Shown one piece after another: positions 11,201-21,330 of a stretch of 64,000 bases of DNA (within the stretch, counting starts at the first letter, position 1; each line of letters opens with the position of its first letter). The DNA lies in contig CAWIIB010000009.1 in assembly GCA_963836075.1 (NCBI GenBank), forward strand, positions 3,104,001-3,168,000. The letters run 5' to 3'. Origin of the DNA: an uncultured Acidobacteriota bacterium. GTDB lineage: Bacteria > Acidobacteriota > JAQAZP01. Under the pieces are notes generated by a model, which was given only the letters and a program-made list of their open reading frames with translations, was not told the DNA's origin and made no database searches. A program made the translations under genes and the position numbers.

Positions 11201-14122
11201 TCAGGTGCCGGTGCGGACGTCCAGGCGGCAGCGCATCCGCTCGCCGCTTGCGGCGGCGGCCGGTACCGGCTCCGTGACCTCGATGCGCCCGGAATCTACG
11301 CCGGCCGTGTCAACCAGGTAAGAGCGTACCGCCTGGCCCCGGGCCTCACCCAGGGCCCGCAAGGCATCCTGATCCACCACCTGTGAAGCCACCAGTGCGG
11401 CTCGGAGGTCTCGCCGGTAAGCCTCTTCGTCGAGCCGGGGTTCGACGGCTGCCTCGCCCTGGGTCAGGTGGGGCGCCCGCAGCGCCGCCAGTTCCTCGTC
11501 GGTGTGGCCCTCCCTGAAAAGCGATTCCAGCAGTTCCAGGGTTTCCGGCCGCTCTGCCAGCAGCGCGTTGAACTTCGCCTCCCGCAGCGGGACCGGGTCC
11601 GATTCACCATCCCAGACACCTTCCACCAGCAGGATCAGCGAGGGGCGCTGTTCCAGCCCCGAGGCCAGGATCTTCAGCCGGTCAATGGCCGCGACATCGA
11701 GCCGGCTGCCGCCGGCCTCGAACTCGACGAAACCGAGGTCCTCCTCTCCTGACCCGCCTCCGAGTTTGCCCAGCAGGCTGAACGGGGCACTGACGATATT
11801 GCCGATGATCGTTTTTGTGGCCTGGCCCACAGCCGAGCCGATGCCGAAGCCCGGATCGTCCAGACTGCCGCTGACCGGGACCTCGAGGGTGATCAGACCT
11901 TCGCTGTCGGTGAGCAGGGAGACTCCCAGAGCGATGGGCAGGTCCAATTTGCCCTGGCCTTCGACTTTCTCCCCCAGCGTGAGGTTTTTGGTCACCACCT
12001 GGTTGTCGCCTTCGAGGTTCGCGTCAGTGATCCGGTAGTCCAGGTCGAGGTCGGCGCGCCCCATGTCGAGGGGGTAGCCGATGAAGAGAACCGACATCGG
12101 CGACATGGGCGGCAGGTTGGTCCGCCGGACGTCGATGGAGATGTCGGTGGCCCGGGTCGGGTCGAAGAGGTCCATCTCTCCCTTGAGCTCCACCGCTCCA
12201 CCCGATTCCACCGAGCCCTCGATCTCCAGGCTGGCCCTGCTCCCGGCGGTGGAGGATACCCCCGTTACCCGTCCGTTCACCGCCTGGAGCGCGAGAGTGA
12301 ACGGCGGGGTCAGGGTGCGGTCGGTATACGCTGCGGTGCAGTCGTGCAGGTTGATCTCCGCGATCTCGATCGGGGGCATCTCATCGGAGCCTGGGGCCTG
12401 ATCTGTCGTCTGTGCCCCGGCCTCCTGTCCCCCGGTCTGTTCTGCCAGGGCGGCCACCAACTCCAGCAGGTTGACCCTGCCGTCCTCCAATATCAGGCCA
12501 TCGATCCTGGCGCCATGGATATCGACGGTGTCCACCGCCAGGGAGATCGGCCCGTAAGCAGCTTCCATGCCTCCGGCCTTCACCAGGTCCCACCGTGTGA
12601 GCCGGGAGCCGGCCGCGGTCTCCTCGAGCCCGAACTGCTCTACCGCCAGTTGGCCGGTCACCTGGGCCAGCGGTCCCTCCCCGCCGGGGGAGAGGATGCC
12701 CTTGACGGAGGAAGACATGGTTCCCGAAAGAAGCCGGACCGGAGCGAACCGGGCGACGTAGGGCTGGGCGCGGGAGATGTCGAGATCGTTGACGTTCACC
12801 TGGGCCTCAAGGTGCAGCGGCTCCATCTGGAAGAAGCCCTCGGCGTCGGTGGGCGATTCACCGAACAGCTGGACCGAGCCTGACAAACCCCATTCCCTTT
12901 CAGGTTCGGTGATCACGTCGGTGAGCACCAGGTTGGCCTCCTCCACCCACAACTCCACCGGCGGATCGAATGTGCGATCCTCATAGCGGGCGCTGGAAGA
13001 GATGATCTCGAAACGGTCGACGGAAGCGACCCAGGCTGCGGCTTCGGATACATCCTTGTAGACCTTTTTCACGTGTACACGGGTATCCTCGGGAATCAGC
13101 GACTGCCACGCGGGGGTACCGTCGGCCCCGAGCCAGCCCAGGGCCTTGGCCCCATCGACGGTTACCACCGCAGCCCCCACCCGGCCATCGGGCCAGAGGA
13201 AGTGGCCACCGGCAACGACGAGGGACGGCATCTCGAGGACATCGACCTCGGAATCACGGAGCTTTATCGCCAGTTCTTGCACCCGGCTGTCAAAATCAGT
13301 CACCGTGACGTGCAGGCCGTCAGCCTCTAGATGGGCTGAGTAGCTCAACTCCCCGGAGGCGGTTCCCGACACCACATCGAATTCGAACTTTTCCCGAATC
13401 GCTTCCCAGGGGTGGGCGAGAGAGATCCCTTCCAGGGCCGCCGTGCCGTTGATGCCGAACGGTTCCACCACCAGTTCGCCGGTCACGCGCAGCGTCCCCC
13501 CGCGCTCCAGGCTGATATTGAGTTCGTTGGTCCCCTTCCGGTTCGGGAGCGTGCTGATGTGGTGGAGTTCGAGTTTACCGGGGCCAATTTTTTCCAAAAC
13601 CGGTTCTTCCTGAGCCAGATCCTGGTATTCGGCCCTGATATCCTGGACCAGGATCTTGTACAGCAGCGCCCGGGGCAGGCCTCCCTCTTCTTCGTCCTTT
13701 TCAGGGGCCCGTTCCTCGATGTCCTCCAGCAGTTGGAGGATATTGAACGTGCCGTCCTCAAACCGGCGCAGCGCCACAAAGGGACTGGTGACCCGCAGTT
13801 CCTTCAGTGTCGCAGCCCAGCGGAAGATGCTGGAGAGCTGGGCGTTGGCGTAGAATTCCTCGAAGGAGACCATGGTCGAGTTCGGCCGGTCCGGCATGGA
13901 AAAGCCGCGAACGGTGAAGGTTAGGGCAAATGGGTTGCAGCGCACCTTTCCCACTGTCACCTCACGGCCCGTCAAATCGAAGACGGTGTCGACGATAAGT
14001 TTTTTTGCCACAGCCGGTACCACCAGGAACCCGGCAATGGTATAGATCAGGAACGCTGCCACGGCAGCACTCCGCAGGCTCACCAGCTTCCAGGCCTTGA
14101 ACCACTTGACCAGTCTGTCCAT
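11201..14122 (-). CDS. DUF748 domain-containing protein (AsmA-like superfamily)
   Basis: YTIAGFLVVP...CNPFALT N-terminus; LPIALGVSLLTDSEGLITLEVPVSGSLDDPGF...APFSLLG C-terminal signature. Confidence 0.8.
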   Translation of the reverse strand: MDRLVKWFKAWKLVSLRSAAVAAFLIYTIAGFLVVPAVAKKLIVDTVFDLTGREVTVGKVRCNPFALTFTVRGFSMPDRPNSTMVSFEEFYANAQLSSIFRWAATLKELRVTSPFVALRRFEDGTFNILQLLEDIEERAPEKDEEEGGLPRALLYKILVQDIRAEYQDLAQEEPVLEKIGPGKLELHHISTLPNRKGTNELNISLERGGTLRVTGELVVEPFGINGTAALEGISLAHPWEAIREKFEFDVVSGTASGELSYSAHLEADGLHVTVTDFDSRVQELAIKLRDSEVDVLEMPSLVVAGGHFLWPDGRVGAAVVTVDGAKALGWLGADGTPAWQSLIPEDTRVHVKKVYKDVSEAAAWVASVDRFEIISSSARYEDRTFDPPVELWVEEANLVLTDVITEPEREWGLSGSVQLFGESPTDAEGFFQMEPLHLEAQVNVNDLDISRAQPYVARFAPVRLLSGTMSSSVKGILSPGGEGPLAQVTGQLAVEQFGLEETAAGSRLTRWDLVKAGGMEAAYGPISLAVDTVDIHGARIDGLILEDGRVNLLELVAALAEQTGGQEAGAQTTDQAPGSDEMPPIEIAEINLHDCTAAYTDRTLTPPFTLALQAVNGRVTGVSSTAGSRASLEIEGSVESGGAVELKGEMDLFDPTRATDISIDVRRTNLPPMSPMSVLFIGYPLDMGRADLDLDYRITDANLEGDNQVVTKNLTLGEKVEGQGKLDLPIALGVSLLTDSEGLITLEVPVSGSLDDPGFGIGSAVGQATKTIIGNIVSAPFSLLGKLGGGSGEEDLGFVEFEAGGSRLDVAAIDRLKILASGLEQRPSLILLVEGVWDGESDPVPLREAKFNALLAERPETLELLESLFREGHTDEELAALRAPHLTQGEAAVEPRLDEEAYRRDLRAALVASQVVDQDALRALGEARGQAVRSYLVDTAGVDSGRIEVTEPVPAAAASGERMRCRLDVRTGT

Positions 14123-14191
14123 AATTGTCCCCTCGGTTGAATCCGATATTCACATACTATCAAACCGGTCGAACCAGGGACAATAAATGGC

Positions 14192-14947
14192 ATGAACATT
14201 CTCATCGAGGCCTGTGTCAATTCGGTGGAGTCGGCCGTGGAGGCCCGGCACGGCGGCGTCCACCGGGTGGAACTCTGTGACAACCTCTATGACGGGGGCA
14301 CCACGCCCAGCCTCGGCGCCGTTCGCGCCGCACGCGGGAAATTGCCCGTCATCGGCCTCAATGTCATGATCCGGCCGCGGGGAGGGGACTTCTGTTACTC
14401 CCTCCTCGAACTGGAGATCATGAAAGCCGACCTGCTGGCCGCGGGGGAGGCGGGCGCCGACGGGGTGGTGTTCGGCATCCTCGACCGGCAGGGCGCCGTC
14501 CAGGAGCAGCAGTGCCGGGAACTGGTGGAGCTGGCCCGGCCGATGAGCGTCACCTTCCACCGCGCCTTTGACATGACCTTCGATCCCTTTGCCGCGCTGG
14601 AAACCCTCATCGGGCTTGGTGTCGACCGTATCCTGACCTCCGGCCAGCGGGCTTCAGCCCATGACGGAGCGAAACTGCTGGCCGAACTGGTGCAGCTGGC
14701 CGGCGACCGGATCGTCATCATGCCCGGTGTGGGAATCGACGAGACCAACATCTCCCCGCTCATCGAGGCCACCGGCGCTACGGAATACCACGTGCTGGCC
14801 GAGAAAAGGCTGCCCAGCCCGATGGTCTTCCGCAACGAAGAGGCTTTCATGGGATCGGATCCCCAGGTCTCCGAGTACGAGCGTCTCATCACCGACCGGG
14901 AGCGTATCCGGGCCATCTGTGACGCCGCGGCCGGAGGACGCCCCTGA
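14192..14947 (+). CDS. cutC: Copper homeostasis protein CutC family
   Basis: EAC...RVELC..L..GGTTPS, VMIRPRGGDF, TFHRAFD, RILTSG motifs. Confidence 0.95.
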   Translation: MNILIEACVNSVESAVEARHGGVHRVELCDNLYDGGTTPSLGAVRAARGKLPVIGLNVMIRPRGGDFCYSLLELEIMKADLLAAGEAGADGVVFGILDRQGAVQEQQCRELVELARPMSVTFHRAFDMTFDPFAALETLIGLGVDRILTSGQRASAHDGAKLLAELVQLAGDRIVIMPGVGIDETNISPLIEATGATEYHVLAEKRLPSPMVFRNEEAFMGSDPQVSEYERLITDRERIRAICDAAAGGRP

Positions 14948-16374
14948 TGCGGATCGGGATCGGCGGGCTCAGTTGCGAGTGTTCCACCTTTTCCCCGCTG
15001 GCCACTGATGAGCATGACTTCACGGTCCTCGCCGGTGACGAGCTGCTCAAGCAGTACGGGTTCCTCGCTGATTTCCCCGATCTGCAGTTTATTCCCCTGT
15101 TGCGGGCCAGGGCCCTCCCCGGCGGCCGCATCGATCGATGTTTTTACGACGATTTCCTCCACGACCTGCTGGGCGAGGTTCACCGGCAGGAACCGCTGGA
15201 CGGCCTCCTGCTGCCGATGCACGGCGCGGCCAGCGTCTTCGGACTGGAGGACGCCGAGGCGCACTTCTTCACCTCGATCCGGCAGGCGGTGGGACCCGGC
15301 TGTCTCATCTCGGCCAGCTACGACCTGCACGGGAATCTCTCCCCCGGGGCGCTGGCCAACCTCGACCTGCTCACCGCCTACCGCACCGCGCCCCATGACG
15401 ACTGGTACGAGACCGTCCAGCGGGCCTGCCGGTTGCTGGTGCAGTGCCTGGATCGCAGGGAGACGCCGGTGAAAGCCCACATCCCTGTCCCGATCCTCCT
15501 GCCCGGGGAGATGACCGGCACCGGCTGGGAGCCGGCGGCCGGCCTCTACCGTATGATCCCCCAGGTCATCGAACAGTTCGGCCTCCTCGACGCCTCGATC
15601 CTGGTGGGCTACCCCTGGGCCGACGAGCCCCGGGCTTCCGCATCGGTAGTGACCCTCGGGGCAGATCCTGGACAGGTGCGCCGGGCGGCACAGGCCCTGG
15701 CCCAGCGGTTCTGGGACCTGCGCCGCGAGTTCAGGTTCGGGGTCTTCGCCGGGCCGGTGGACCGGTGCATCGCAAAAGCCCTGGCCGAACCCGGGGCCCC
15801 GGTATTTATCAGTGACTCGGGGGACAACCCCACCGCCGGCGGGGCAGGGGATATCCCCTATGCCCTGGGGCGAATGCTGGAGCTGGGTATCGACGACGTG
15901 CTCTATGCCGGCATCGCCGACCCGGCGGCGGTGGCCGCCAGTGAACAGGCCGGTCAGGGGGAACTGGTGGCGCTGGAACTGGGCGGCAAGCTGGACCCGG
16001 TGAACGGTTCACCACTGCAGGTCACCGGCCGGGTGGTCAGCCTCCACGACACCGTTCTTCAGCCATCCGGCCGGGAGAACAGGATGGCGCTGGTGCAGTG
16101 CGGGGGTGTGCGGGTGATCATCACCGAACAGAGGACCCCGTTCCACCACCGCGAGCAGTTCCTGGAACTGAACCTCGACCCCGAAGCATTCAAGATCGTG
16201 ATGGTGAAAATCGGCTACCTGGTGCCCGAGCTGCAGGCGATGGCTGCACTGTCCCTCCTTGCCCTGACCCCCGGCGCGGTGGACCAGAACTTCACCGGCC
16301 TGCCTTTCCGCAGGCTCAAGCGCCCGCTCTACCCCTTTGACCCGGACATGGAATGGATGGGGACAGCTACCTGA
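14947..16374 (+). CDS. M81 family metallopeptidase (MlrC-like)
   Basis: MRIGIGGLSCECSTFSP, MHGA, DLHGN, YRTAPHDD, DSGDNPTAGGAGD; TGATG overlap with cutC. Confidence 0.9.
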   Translation: MRIGIGGLSCECSTFSPLATDEHDFTVLAGDELLKQYGFLADFPDLQFIPLLRARALPGGRIDRCFYDDFLHDLLGEVHRQEPLDGLLLPMHGAASVFGLEDAEAHFFTSIRQAVGPGCLISASYDLHGNLSPGALANLDLLTAYRTAPHDDWYETVQRACRLLVQCLDRRETPVKAHIPVPILLPGEMTGTGWEPAAGLYRMIPQVIEQFGLLDASILVGYPWADEPRASASVVTLGADPGQVRRAAQALAQRFWDLRREFRFGVFAGPVDRCIAKALAEPGAPVFISDSGDNPTAGGAGDIPYALGRMLELGIDDVLYAGIADPAAVAASEQAGQGELVALELGGKLDPVNGSPLQVTGRVVSLHDTVLQPSGRENRMALVQCGGVRVIITEQRTPFHHREQFLELNLDPEAFKIVMVKIGYLVPELQAMAALSLLALTPGAVDQNFTGLPFRRLKRPLYPFDPDMEWMGTAT

Positions 16375-16425
16375 TGAAATAAGCGGCTGGATATCAAGCG
16401 GTTAGCAATTCAAGGGACAGCTACC
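16360..16425. repeat. 12-bp direct repeat GGGACAGCTACC (16360-16371, 16414-16425)
   Basis: Read directly; a related GGGGACAGC occurs at the 3' end of the SSS gene (~18157). Confidence 0.5.
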
Positions 16426-16441
16426 ACCAAGGATCTGAAAC

Positions 16442-18169
16442 GTGTCGACACTGGACTGGACCATCGTCATCGGCTACCTCTTCCTGGCCCTCGGCCTGGG
16501 GCTCTACCACATGCGCGCGGCCACCAGGGGGATGGAGAACTACTTCCTTTCCGGCCGCAAGGCCTCCTGGTGGCTGCTGGGTACCAGCATGGCCGCCACC
16601 TCCTTTGCCGCCGACACACCGCTGGCGGTGAGCGGCTTCATCATCAAGAGCGGCATCTCCTGGAACTGGTACTGGTGGTCTTCGGCCATGGCCGGCATGG
16701 TGGCGCTCTACTTCTTCTCCCGCCTCTGGCGGCGCAGCCGACTGCTCACCGACGCCGAGTTCATCGAACTGCGCTACAGCGGCCGGCCGGCCCGCATCCT
16801 CCGGGCCTACCTCTCGATCCACTCCGGGGTGCTCTGCAACTGCATCGTCATCGGCTGGGTCAACCTGGCGATGGTCAAGGTACTGGCCAACACCATCGAG
16901 ATCGATGAAACGGTGGCGCTTTACTTCTGTTTCGGCTTCAGCCTGGTCTACACCATGATGGCGGGGCTGCGGGGCGTGATGGCCACCGACTTCATCCAGT
17001 TTTTCATCGCCATGTTCGGCAGCATCTATCTTGCCGTGGTGGCGGTGCAGGGCGTGGGCGGCCTGAGTCAGTTGCACACCAGGCTGATCGAAGTCCACGG
17101 CGCCGCACGGGCCGCGGAGATCACCGCCTTCTTCCCCGGCTCCGGCTCCCAGCTCTTCGTGCCGGTGATGGCTTTCATTTTCTTCCAGTGGTGGGCGGCG
17201 GCCAACCCGGCCGGCGGGGGAGGGAGCACCGGCCACCTGGTGCAGCGGATGCTCAGCGCCAAAAACGAGAAGCACGCCTTCTTCGGCGTGCTGTGGTACA
17301 ACATCGCCCAGTACTGTCTCCGCTCCTGGCCCTGGATCATGGCCGGTCTCTGCGCGGCCATCCTCTACCCGGCCATCGAAGACCCCGAGATCGGCTACAT
17401 TCTGCTGATGAACCGCTTCCTGCCCTCGGGCATGCTGGGCCTGGTGGTGGCCTCCTTTTTCGCCGCCTACATGTCCACCATCGACACCCACCTCAACTGG
17501 GGCGCCTCCTACCTGGTCAACGACATCTACAAGCGCTTCATCAGACCCGACGCCACGCCCCGGCAGTGCATCGTTGCCGCCATGGTGATGACCGTGGCCC
17601 TGGCCATTCTCGGCATGCTGGTGACCACGGTGATGTCCTCCATCCGCGACGGCTGGTACATCATCACCTCCATCGGCGGGGGCGTGTCGATCATCTACGT
17701 CCTGCGCTGGTACTGGTGGCGGATCAACGCCTGGACCGAGATCGCGGCGATGATCTCGGCCCTGGCCTGCACCATCTACTTCAGGATGGGGCTGGGCTAC
17801 GACTACCCCCAGGTGCTCTTCTGGGTGGTGCCGATCAGTGTCGCTTTTGCCCTGGTCGCCACTTTCCTCACCCGGCCAGTGGACCGGGAACACCTCATCG
17901 CCTTCTACCGCAAGATCAGGCCCGGCGGCCGGCTCTGGCGGCCCATCGCCCGTATGGTCCCCGGCGCCGACAAAGACCCCGGCCCGAAAAAAGCGCTCCC
18001 CGCCTTTGTCCTCTCCATCATCGCCATCTACTGCGCCCTCTTCGGCGTGGGCAAGCTGCTGCTGGGACCTCAGTGGCTGGGAGGGTTGCTGCTCGCAGTA
18101 TGTGTCATCTGCGCCGCGCTGGTCTGGCGCCATGTGGCCGGGCTGAAGTGGGGGGAGGGGACAGCGTAA
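16442..18169 (+). CDS. Sodium:solute symporter (SSS) family transporter
   Basis: YFLSGR..WWLLGTSMAATSFAADTPL, QRMLSAK, AAYMSTIDTHLNWGASYLVND; many TM helices. Confidence 0.92.
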   Translation: MSTLDWTIVIGYLFLALGLGLYHMRAATRGMENYFLSGRKASWWLLGTSMAATSFAADTPLAVSGFIIKSGISWNWYWWSSAMAGMVALYFFSRLWRRSRLLTDAEFIELRYSGRPARILRAYLSIHSGVLCNCIVIGWVNLAMVKVLANTIEIDETVALYFCFGFSLVYTMMAGLRGVMATDFIQFFIAMFGSIYLAVVAVQGVGGLSQLHTRLIEVHGAARAAEITAFFPGSGSQLFVPVMAFIFFQWWAAANPAGGGGSTGHLVQRMLSAKNEKHAFFGVLWYNIAQYCLRSWPWIMAGLCAAILYPAIEDPEIGYILLMNRFLPSGMLGLVVASFFAAYMSTIDTHLNWGASYLVNDIYKRFIRPDATPRQCIVAAMVMTVALAILGMLVTTVMSSIRDGWYIITSIGGGVSIIYVLRWYWWRINAWTEIAAMISALACTIYFRMGLGYDYPQVLFWVVPISVAFALVATFLTRPVDREHLIAFYRKIRPGGRLWRPIARMVPGADKDPGPKKALPAFVLSIIAIYCALFGVGKLLLGPQWLGGLLLAVCVICAALVWRHVAGLKWGEGTA

Positions 18170-18232
18170 GGGGGATTTCGGTCATTTCAATTGTATTGTG
18201 GGGAAGTTACGAGTTCGATTATACTTAACACC

Positions 18233-18532
18233 ATGAACCGCAACGATATTATCGATCGTTTAAAGGCCCGAGTGCCGGATCTCCGCAAGCGATTCGGAGT
18301 GAATCGGATAGGTCTCTTCGGATCAGCCCTGACAGACACGTTTTCAGATCAAAGCGATATCGACCTCATCGTCGAGTTCGAGCGCCCCATCGGTTTCGCA
18401 TTCTTCGATCTCGTAGAATATCTTGAAGATATTCTCGGAAGAAGGGTAGATATCCTTACCCCCGATGGGGTCGGTTCGATCCGTATCCCGGAGATCGCTG
18501 AATCTATCAGGAAGAGTACCGTTTATGTCTGA
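18233..18532 (+). CDS. MNT-family nucleotidyltransferase (antitoxin of an MNT/HEPN pair)
   Basis: GLFGS...SDIDL motif, ~99 aa, overlaps the downstream HEPN gene. Confidence 0.9.
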   Translation: MNRNDIIDRLKARVPDLRKRFGVNRIGLFGSALTDTFSDQSDIDLIVEFERPIGFAFFDLVEYLEDILGRRVDILTPDGVGSIRIPEIAESIRKSTVYV

Positions 18533-18866
18533 ACGAGCGCCAGAAACTCTGCTGCAGGACATACTCGAGGCTATCCGGCGGGTTGGTGAATACTCCAAGG
18601 GATTGGAGTATGACCAGTTCGTTGCCGACACAAGGACCCAGGATGCCGTCATCCGCAATCTCGAAATCATCGGCGAAGCTACAAAAAAGATCCCGGATGA
18701 AGTGAAGGCCCGTCTTGTGGAAATACCCTGGCACCGGATAGCGGGCACCCGGGACCGACTGATTCACGACTACTTCGGCGTAAACCTGGAAATCGTCTGG
18801 AACATCATCCAGGAAGAACTGCCTGCCCTGTCCCCCCGACTCAAGAGTTTTCTCGAGTCCGAATAA
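18525..18866 (+). CDS. HEPN/DUF86 ribonuclease toxin
   Basis: [13 protein letters not shown]...[15 protein letters not shown] (RxxxxH) motif. Confidence 0.9.
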   Translation: MSERAPETLLQDILEAIRRVGEYSKGLEYDQFVADTRTQDAVIRNLEIIGEATKKIPDEVKARLVEIPWHRIAGTRDRLIHDYFGVNLEIVWNIIQEELPALSPRLKSFLESE

Positions 18867-18915
18867 CTCACTGATCAGGGGCTGGGGATGCGAATTGTGC
18901 ATCGACTGAACAACG

Positions 18916-18945
18916 GCCCCTCTTCCCGAGGGGCTTTTGCTTTTT
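18916..18945 (+). terminator. Rho-independent terminator after the TA pair
   Basis: GCCCCTC-TTCCC-GAGGGGC followed by a T-rich tail. Confidence 0.7.
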
Positions 18946-18959
18946 CTATTACCAGTTGT

Positions 18960-18998
18960 TGGTCTGGCGATATGCGGCCGGGCTCAAGTGGGGTGAGG
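18960..18998 (+). repeat. Diverged duplicate of the SSS gene 3' end (18120-18158)
   Basis: 34/39 identical by eye; LVWRYAAGLKWGE vs LVWRHVAGLKWGE. Confidence 0.8.
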
Positions 18999-19015
18999 CT
19001 CGAAACCGGCTCACT

Positions 19016-20959
19016 TCACGGCAGCTCGGTGGAATAGATACTGCCGCCGGCCATGCCGGCATGGATGCTCCCCGGGCTGCTTCCCTCGATGGCCAGGCAC
19101 CGGACATCGGTGATCGGCAGATCGTGGTTCATCGCCGCCCAGGTCGTCCCCCCGTCGCTGCTGCGGAACACGCCGTGGAAGGCGCCGGCAAAGACCTGGC
19201 CGTCGCGGGACGAGACCACCACGGCATTAACCTCATCGTCCTCCAGGCCGCTGGTCACCCGGCTCCAGCTGCCGCCGCCGTCCGTGCTGCGATAGAGGCC
19301 CTTTTCCGTGGCGGCGAACATGCGCGCCGGGGTCGTGGGGTCGATGGCCAACTGCTTGATCTCGTCATCGGGCAGCCCGGATCCGATCTTGCTCCAGCTC
19401 TCCCCGCCATTGGTGGTGCGGTAGAGGCCGTTCTTCTCCACCAGCGCAATAACGGTGCCCGATTGGTCAGACCAGAGCATGCTCACCGCCGCGATGGGCA
19501 GGCCGGTGCCGGACGGGAGCCACTTCTTGCCGTCATTGGTGGTCTTGAACACCGCCGTTCCCGGGTCCCGGTTGGACCGGGAGCCGGCATAGAAGGTCTT
19601 CGGGTCGGCCGGGTCCTGAACCACGCTGTTGAACTGGACCGTGGACATTTTGCCCTGCATCATCGCTTTCATGCCGGGCTGCTTGACCTCGAACTCGGTC
19701 CAACTTGATCCCCCATCCCTGGAGCGCCAGAAACCGGAGCCGTCGAAACCATACACCGTGCCGGCTGCGGTGCGGTCGAAGAAGATACTGTTTGCTCCCG
19801 GCGACCAGCGGTCAGCGAATGGAGGTTTGATCTTTGTCCACCCACCCGACCCATCCCGGCGAAACAGGCCCACCCCCATCTGGGCAAAGGTTAGTCCAGG
19901 CTGACGCGGTGAAGCATAGATCTGTTTGGACCAGCCGCCGGTAAAACCCTCATTGGAGGCTATCCAGTGTGCGCCGCCGTCCGTGCTGCGGAAGAAACCG
20001 TTTCCGGGACAACCGGCATAGAGCGTGCCGGGACGCTGCGGATCAAAGACCAGGTCGTGGCAGAAGTAGCCTTCAATGGTGCGGACCACCCTGGTCCATT
20101 TCACACCACCGTCCGTGCTCTTCATCAGCCCTTCTTCGGTAGCGGCAAACAGCACCTTGCTGTCCCTCGGGTCCATCACCAGCCGGAACAGTTCACTGGT
20201 CCCCTGCAGCTCCAGTCCCAGCCTGCTCCAGGTGTCACCCGAGTTTGTGCTCTTGTACAGCTCACCGAAACTGACGACAGCGTAGATGGTGGATGGTGAC
20301 GAGTGATCCACCAGCAGTGACTTGATGCTCTTGGCCGGCAGTCCATCCCCGGTCTGGGTCCAGGTTTTTCCGCCGTCCTCGCTGCGGCTGAAGTGCTTCT
20401 CCGATCCCCTCCCTCCGGCAAAGACGATCTGCGGATTCTCCGGGTGGATGGCGAAGGTGTAGACATCCTGACCATCTACACGGAATTCGGTCCAGCTCTT
20501 CCCCCCGTCGCTGCTGCGGTAGTGCAGGTTGGTGGTGGGAAGGAAGATGACCTCCGGCTGGGACGGAGCAATAACCAACTGGCGGTCCAGCGACCTGATC
20601 GGCACCACCTTCCAGCTCTTTCCCCGGTCCGTGGATTGCCAGAGCCCCGGCCCGCCCGATTTTTTCACCCCCGCCCAGACGATGGAGGGGTTTGCCCGGT
20701 CCACCTCAACCCAGAACACTTTTCGACTGGTCAACTCATCGCCCGGCAGGGTCCAGGTGAGGCCCCGGTCATCACTGCGCCACACGCCGGCATAGGAAGT
20801 GGCGATGTAGATGGTATCAGGCCGGGCCGGGTCGATGGCCACGCAGTTTATCTGGCCGCAGAACGGCCCCTCGCTCCGCCAACCGGCCTGGGTGATGCCA
20901 CCGACCGTGAGCAGGATAAGAACAGACACAAACACGGTCTTCACTCGAAATGAATTCAT
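19016..20959 (-). CDS. Secreted BNR/Asp-box repeat beta-propeller protein (YCF48/VPS10-like)
   Basis: Signal peptide; many (R/K)S.DGG..W Asp-box repeats; GGAGG RBS before ATG 20959. Confidence 0.88.
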   Translation of the reverse strand: MNSFRVKTVFVSVLILLTVGGITQAGWRSEGPFCGQINCVAIDPARPDTIYIATSYAGVWRSDDRGLTWTLPGDELTSRKVFWVEVDRANPSIVWAGVKKSGGPGLWQSTDRGKSWKVVPIRSLDRQLVIAPSQPEVIFLPTTNLHYRSSDGGKSWTEFRVDGQDVYTFAIHPENPQIVFAGGRGSEKHFSRSEDGGKTWTQTGDGLPAKSIKSLLVDHSSPSTIYAVVSFGELYKSTNSGDTWSRLGLELQGTSELFRLVMDPRDSKVLFAATEEGLMKSTDGGVKWTRVVRTIEGYFCHDLVFDPQRPGTLYAGCPGNGFFRSTDGGAHWIASNEGFTGGWSKQIYASPRQPGLTFAQMGVGLFRRDGSGGWTKIKPPFADRWSPGANSIFFDRTAAGTVYGFDGSGFWRSRDGGSSWTEFEVKQPGMKAMMQGKMSTVQFNSVVQDPADPKTFYAGSRSNRDPGTAVFKTTNDGKKWLPSGTGLPIAAVSMLWSDQSGTVIALVEKNGLYRTTNGGESWSKIGSGLPDDEIKQLAIDPTTPARMFAATEKGLYRSTDGGGSWSRVTSGLEDDEVNAVVVSSRDGQVFAGAFHGVFRSSDGGTTWAAMNHDLPITDVRCLAIEGSSPGSIHAGMAGGSIYSTELP

Positions 20960-21330
20960 GGGAGATCCTCCCGTTGAGTGTGTGACGTAGTTTGGCAATA
21001 GTCGGTTGCCAAAGCGACTGAATAAGTATTGTAGTTCAATATAGACGATGCCAGGCAAGGGAGAAGTCTGACTCGACTCGGTGGGGGCAGTGCGCCCTTT
21101 CCAACGTGAGACCCCATCGGTAGCCGTCAGTCTGGCAGCAGGTGCCCAACTCCATCACGCGAGGCACATCCGGCTGAATACTTGTCTTTCATTCCTCAAG
21201 CCGATCGCTATGCTCGTTACGAAAAATATATTCTAAATAGCCTTGACTTTATCTGTGCAGGCCATATCTATTCATGCACCGGCATTCCACAAATGCTTTT
21301 TGCTGCCTCTGGGGGATAAGGAGGTGAGCC

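Noticed and set aside
14947-16374. Microcystin degradation (mlr) cluster
   Set aside because: Only an M81 family member is present, with no mlrA/mlrB; the family is widespread
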